Source: Synechococcus sp. (lineage in GTDB: Bacteria > Cyanobacteriota > Cyanobacteriia > PCC-6307 > Cyanobiaceae). From it: DNA of 64,000 bases. The notes below the pieces were generated by a model. It was not told where the DNA came from. It did not search any database and saw only the letters and a program-made list of their open reading frames with translations. The translations under genes and the position numbers were made by a program. How positions within the stretch are numbered: position 1 is the first letter of the stretch; each line of letters opens with the position of its first letter. The stretch covers positions 1,408,136 to 1,472,135 of the forward strand of contig JBJBDC010000001.1 in assembly GCA_047285535.1 (NCBI GenBank), read 5' to 3'. Below are positions 62,498 to 64,000 of this stretch, piece after piece.

Positions 62498-64000
62498 TCA
62501 ACCAAATATTAAGCCCCAAGATTGATAAAAACTAAAGGCAACAACCCATGCCACTATTATTGATACAATAATAGAAAAAATAGTGAAGCGAGCCGACTTA
62601 GTTTCACCCCAAATTGTTGCGACTGTAGTCAAGCACGGTACATAAAGCAAGCTAAATAGACAGTAACTAAAACCTTGTTGGAAATTAATAACACCGCCCA
62701 AAGTTGTTCTCAAAGCATCACTTCCTTCTCCAAATCCATACATGGTAGCAACAGCAGCAAGCTGCACTTCCTTAGCCACAAAACCAATGATCAAAGATAC
62801 TGTTAGATATGGATTAATACCTAAGGGCGACATCAGTGGCTGAAAAAATGTTCCAATTCGTCCAGCATATGTATTCATTCCTTCAGCCCCTCCAGGGAAA
62901 TTAGTGAGATACCAAGTTATACATGTGCCGATAATCATGAATATGGCAAGGTTCCTCACAAAGGTTGTCATTTCACTCCAAACATTTAAGGCAACTTGCT
63001 TAAAAGTAGGAGTTCTATATGGAGGCAGTTCAATCACAAATGGATCTTTTGACTTAAATTGCCCGCTAAAATTAAATATCATGGCCAATACAAATGCAAC
63101 CACAAAACTAATGATATAAAGCAACCAAAGAGCAAAATAACCCGTACCAGGCAGTATGATTCCCAGAAAAAACACAAAAACCTGCAATCTGGCTGAGCAA
63201 AGAGCAAATGGTATAATTAAAATAGATAGTAATCTTTGAGTTTTAGATCTAATTGTTCTTGTGCCCATGATGGCTGGAACATTACATCCAAATCCGAACA
63301 GTTGAAGAACAAATCCTCGACCATCTAAACCCGCAGCACGCATCAGAGCATCCATAAGATATGCAGCTCTTGATAGATAACCACTATCTTCCAGAGCAGT
63401 CATAACAACAAAGAAGAAAGCTACTAAAGGAACAAATCCAAGCAATGCCGCGAAACCAGCATAAGGACCATTAATGATGAATTCACTAAAGCCCTTCGGG
63501 AGAAAAGAAAGAGAGGGCTCAATCACTGCGCCTTGAAGCCAGTCAGTAAAATTTCCTACTGGATCTTGCAAAGGCATCCCCACGAACCAAATCGCCGCAA
63601 ACACCGCGAGCATTGAGATAAAAAATATTGGCAGACCAACAACTCTATTTAATAAAATTGAATCCAATCGATTACTGAAAGTAGTGACATCCTCAGAAGG
63701 CATTTCAACACCTATTCGAGTCACTTCATCCATATCATCATCTGTAACCTTGTTAACTTTAAAAAATCCTGCTATATCATTACATTTGTAGGAATTGTCA
63801 AGAGTTTGCAATTGGTCCCAAATTCCCTGGACTGCCAATGCGCATCCACTTCCATATTTTGCGCTAATTGTAAAGACTGGCATTTTTAATTCATCCGCAA
63901 GCTCCTTAGTGTTGATTTTAACTCCAAAACGTTTCACTTCATCTGCCATATTCAACATCAATACGCATGGGAGACCCAATCTCTGAATTTGAAGCGGCAT
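62498..64000 (-). CDS. feoB: Ferrous iron transporter FeoB (5' end beyond the window)
   Basis: LNMADE (G4), LEDSGYLSRAAY, GFGCNVPA, CSARL, FVIELPPY, GFVAKE, LYVPC. Confidence 0.96.
   Translation of the reverse strand: MPLQIQRLGLPCVLMLNMADEVKRFGVKINTKELADELKMPVFTISAKYGSGCALAVQGIWDQLQTLDNSYKCNDIAGFFKVNKVTDDDMDEVTRIGVEMPSEDVTTFSNRLDSILLNRVVGLPIFFISMLAVFAAIWFVGMPLQDPVGNFTDWLQGAVIEPSLSFLPKGFSEFIINGPYAGFAALLGFVPLVAFFFVVMTALEDSGYLSRAAYLMDALMRAAGLDGRGFVLQLFGFGCNVPAIMGTRTIRSKTQRLLSILIIPFALCSARLQVFVFFLGIILPGTGYFALWLLYIISFVVAFVLAMIFNFSGQFKSKDPFVIELPPYRTPTFKQVALNVWSEMTTFVRNLAIFMIIGTCITWYLTNFPGGAEGMNTYAGRIGTFFQPLMSPLGINPYLTVSLIIGFVAKEVQLAAVATMYGFGEGSDALRTTLGGVINFQQGFSYCLFSLLYVPCLTTVATIWGETKSARFTIFSIIVSIIVAWVVAFSFYQSWGLIFG

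Larger units (their letters stand above)
49320..64000. other. AT-rich accessory genomic island (right end beyond the window)
   Basis: Drop in GC and coding density after yebC; accessory cargo; no integrase or att site seen. Confidence 0.7.

Noticed and set aside
63998..64000. ATG at the window edge as the feoB start (apparent truncation)
   Set aside because: The G1-G3 GTPase motifs lie beyond the window; this is an edge artefact, not evidence of a pseudogene

Overview
Chromosomal window from a marine picocyanobacterium, most likely a marine Synechococcus: it carries the Prochlorococcus/Synechococcus hyper-conserved protein, a complete kaiABC (Prochlorococcus lacks kaiA) and an SLH-type Som porin. 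About 1-49.3 kb is mostly core genome: gltX, tRNA-Asp, tRNA-Trp, rplS, map, gluQ, HU, glgX, two identical tRNA-Gly, mlaE, plsY, pyrF, tyrS, pepA, msrA, purC-bamA-lpxC-fabZ-lpxA-lpxB, purD, nblS, kaiABC, rplU-rpmA, truB and yebC. Small AT-rich islets interrupt it at about 8.8-14.1, 18.7-19.3 and 24.5-25.5 kb. From about 49.3 kb to the window edge lies an AT-rich, gene-sparse accessory island. It ends in a metal/iron module: a CDF exporter, two different ferritins, a mosaic porin, a TM2 protein and feoB (cut by the window edge), with Fur-like boxes and a Yfr1-type sRNA target site. No CRISPR array, rRNA, transposase or integrase was seen. All calls come from reading the sequence; no searches were run.
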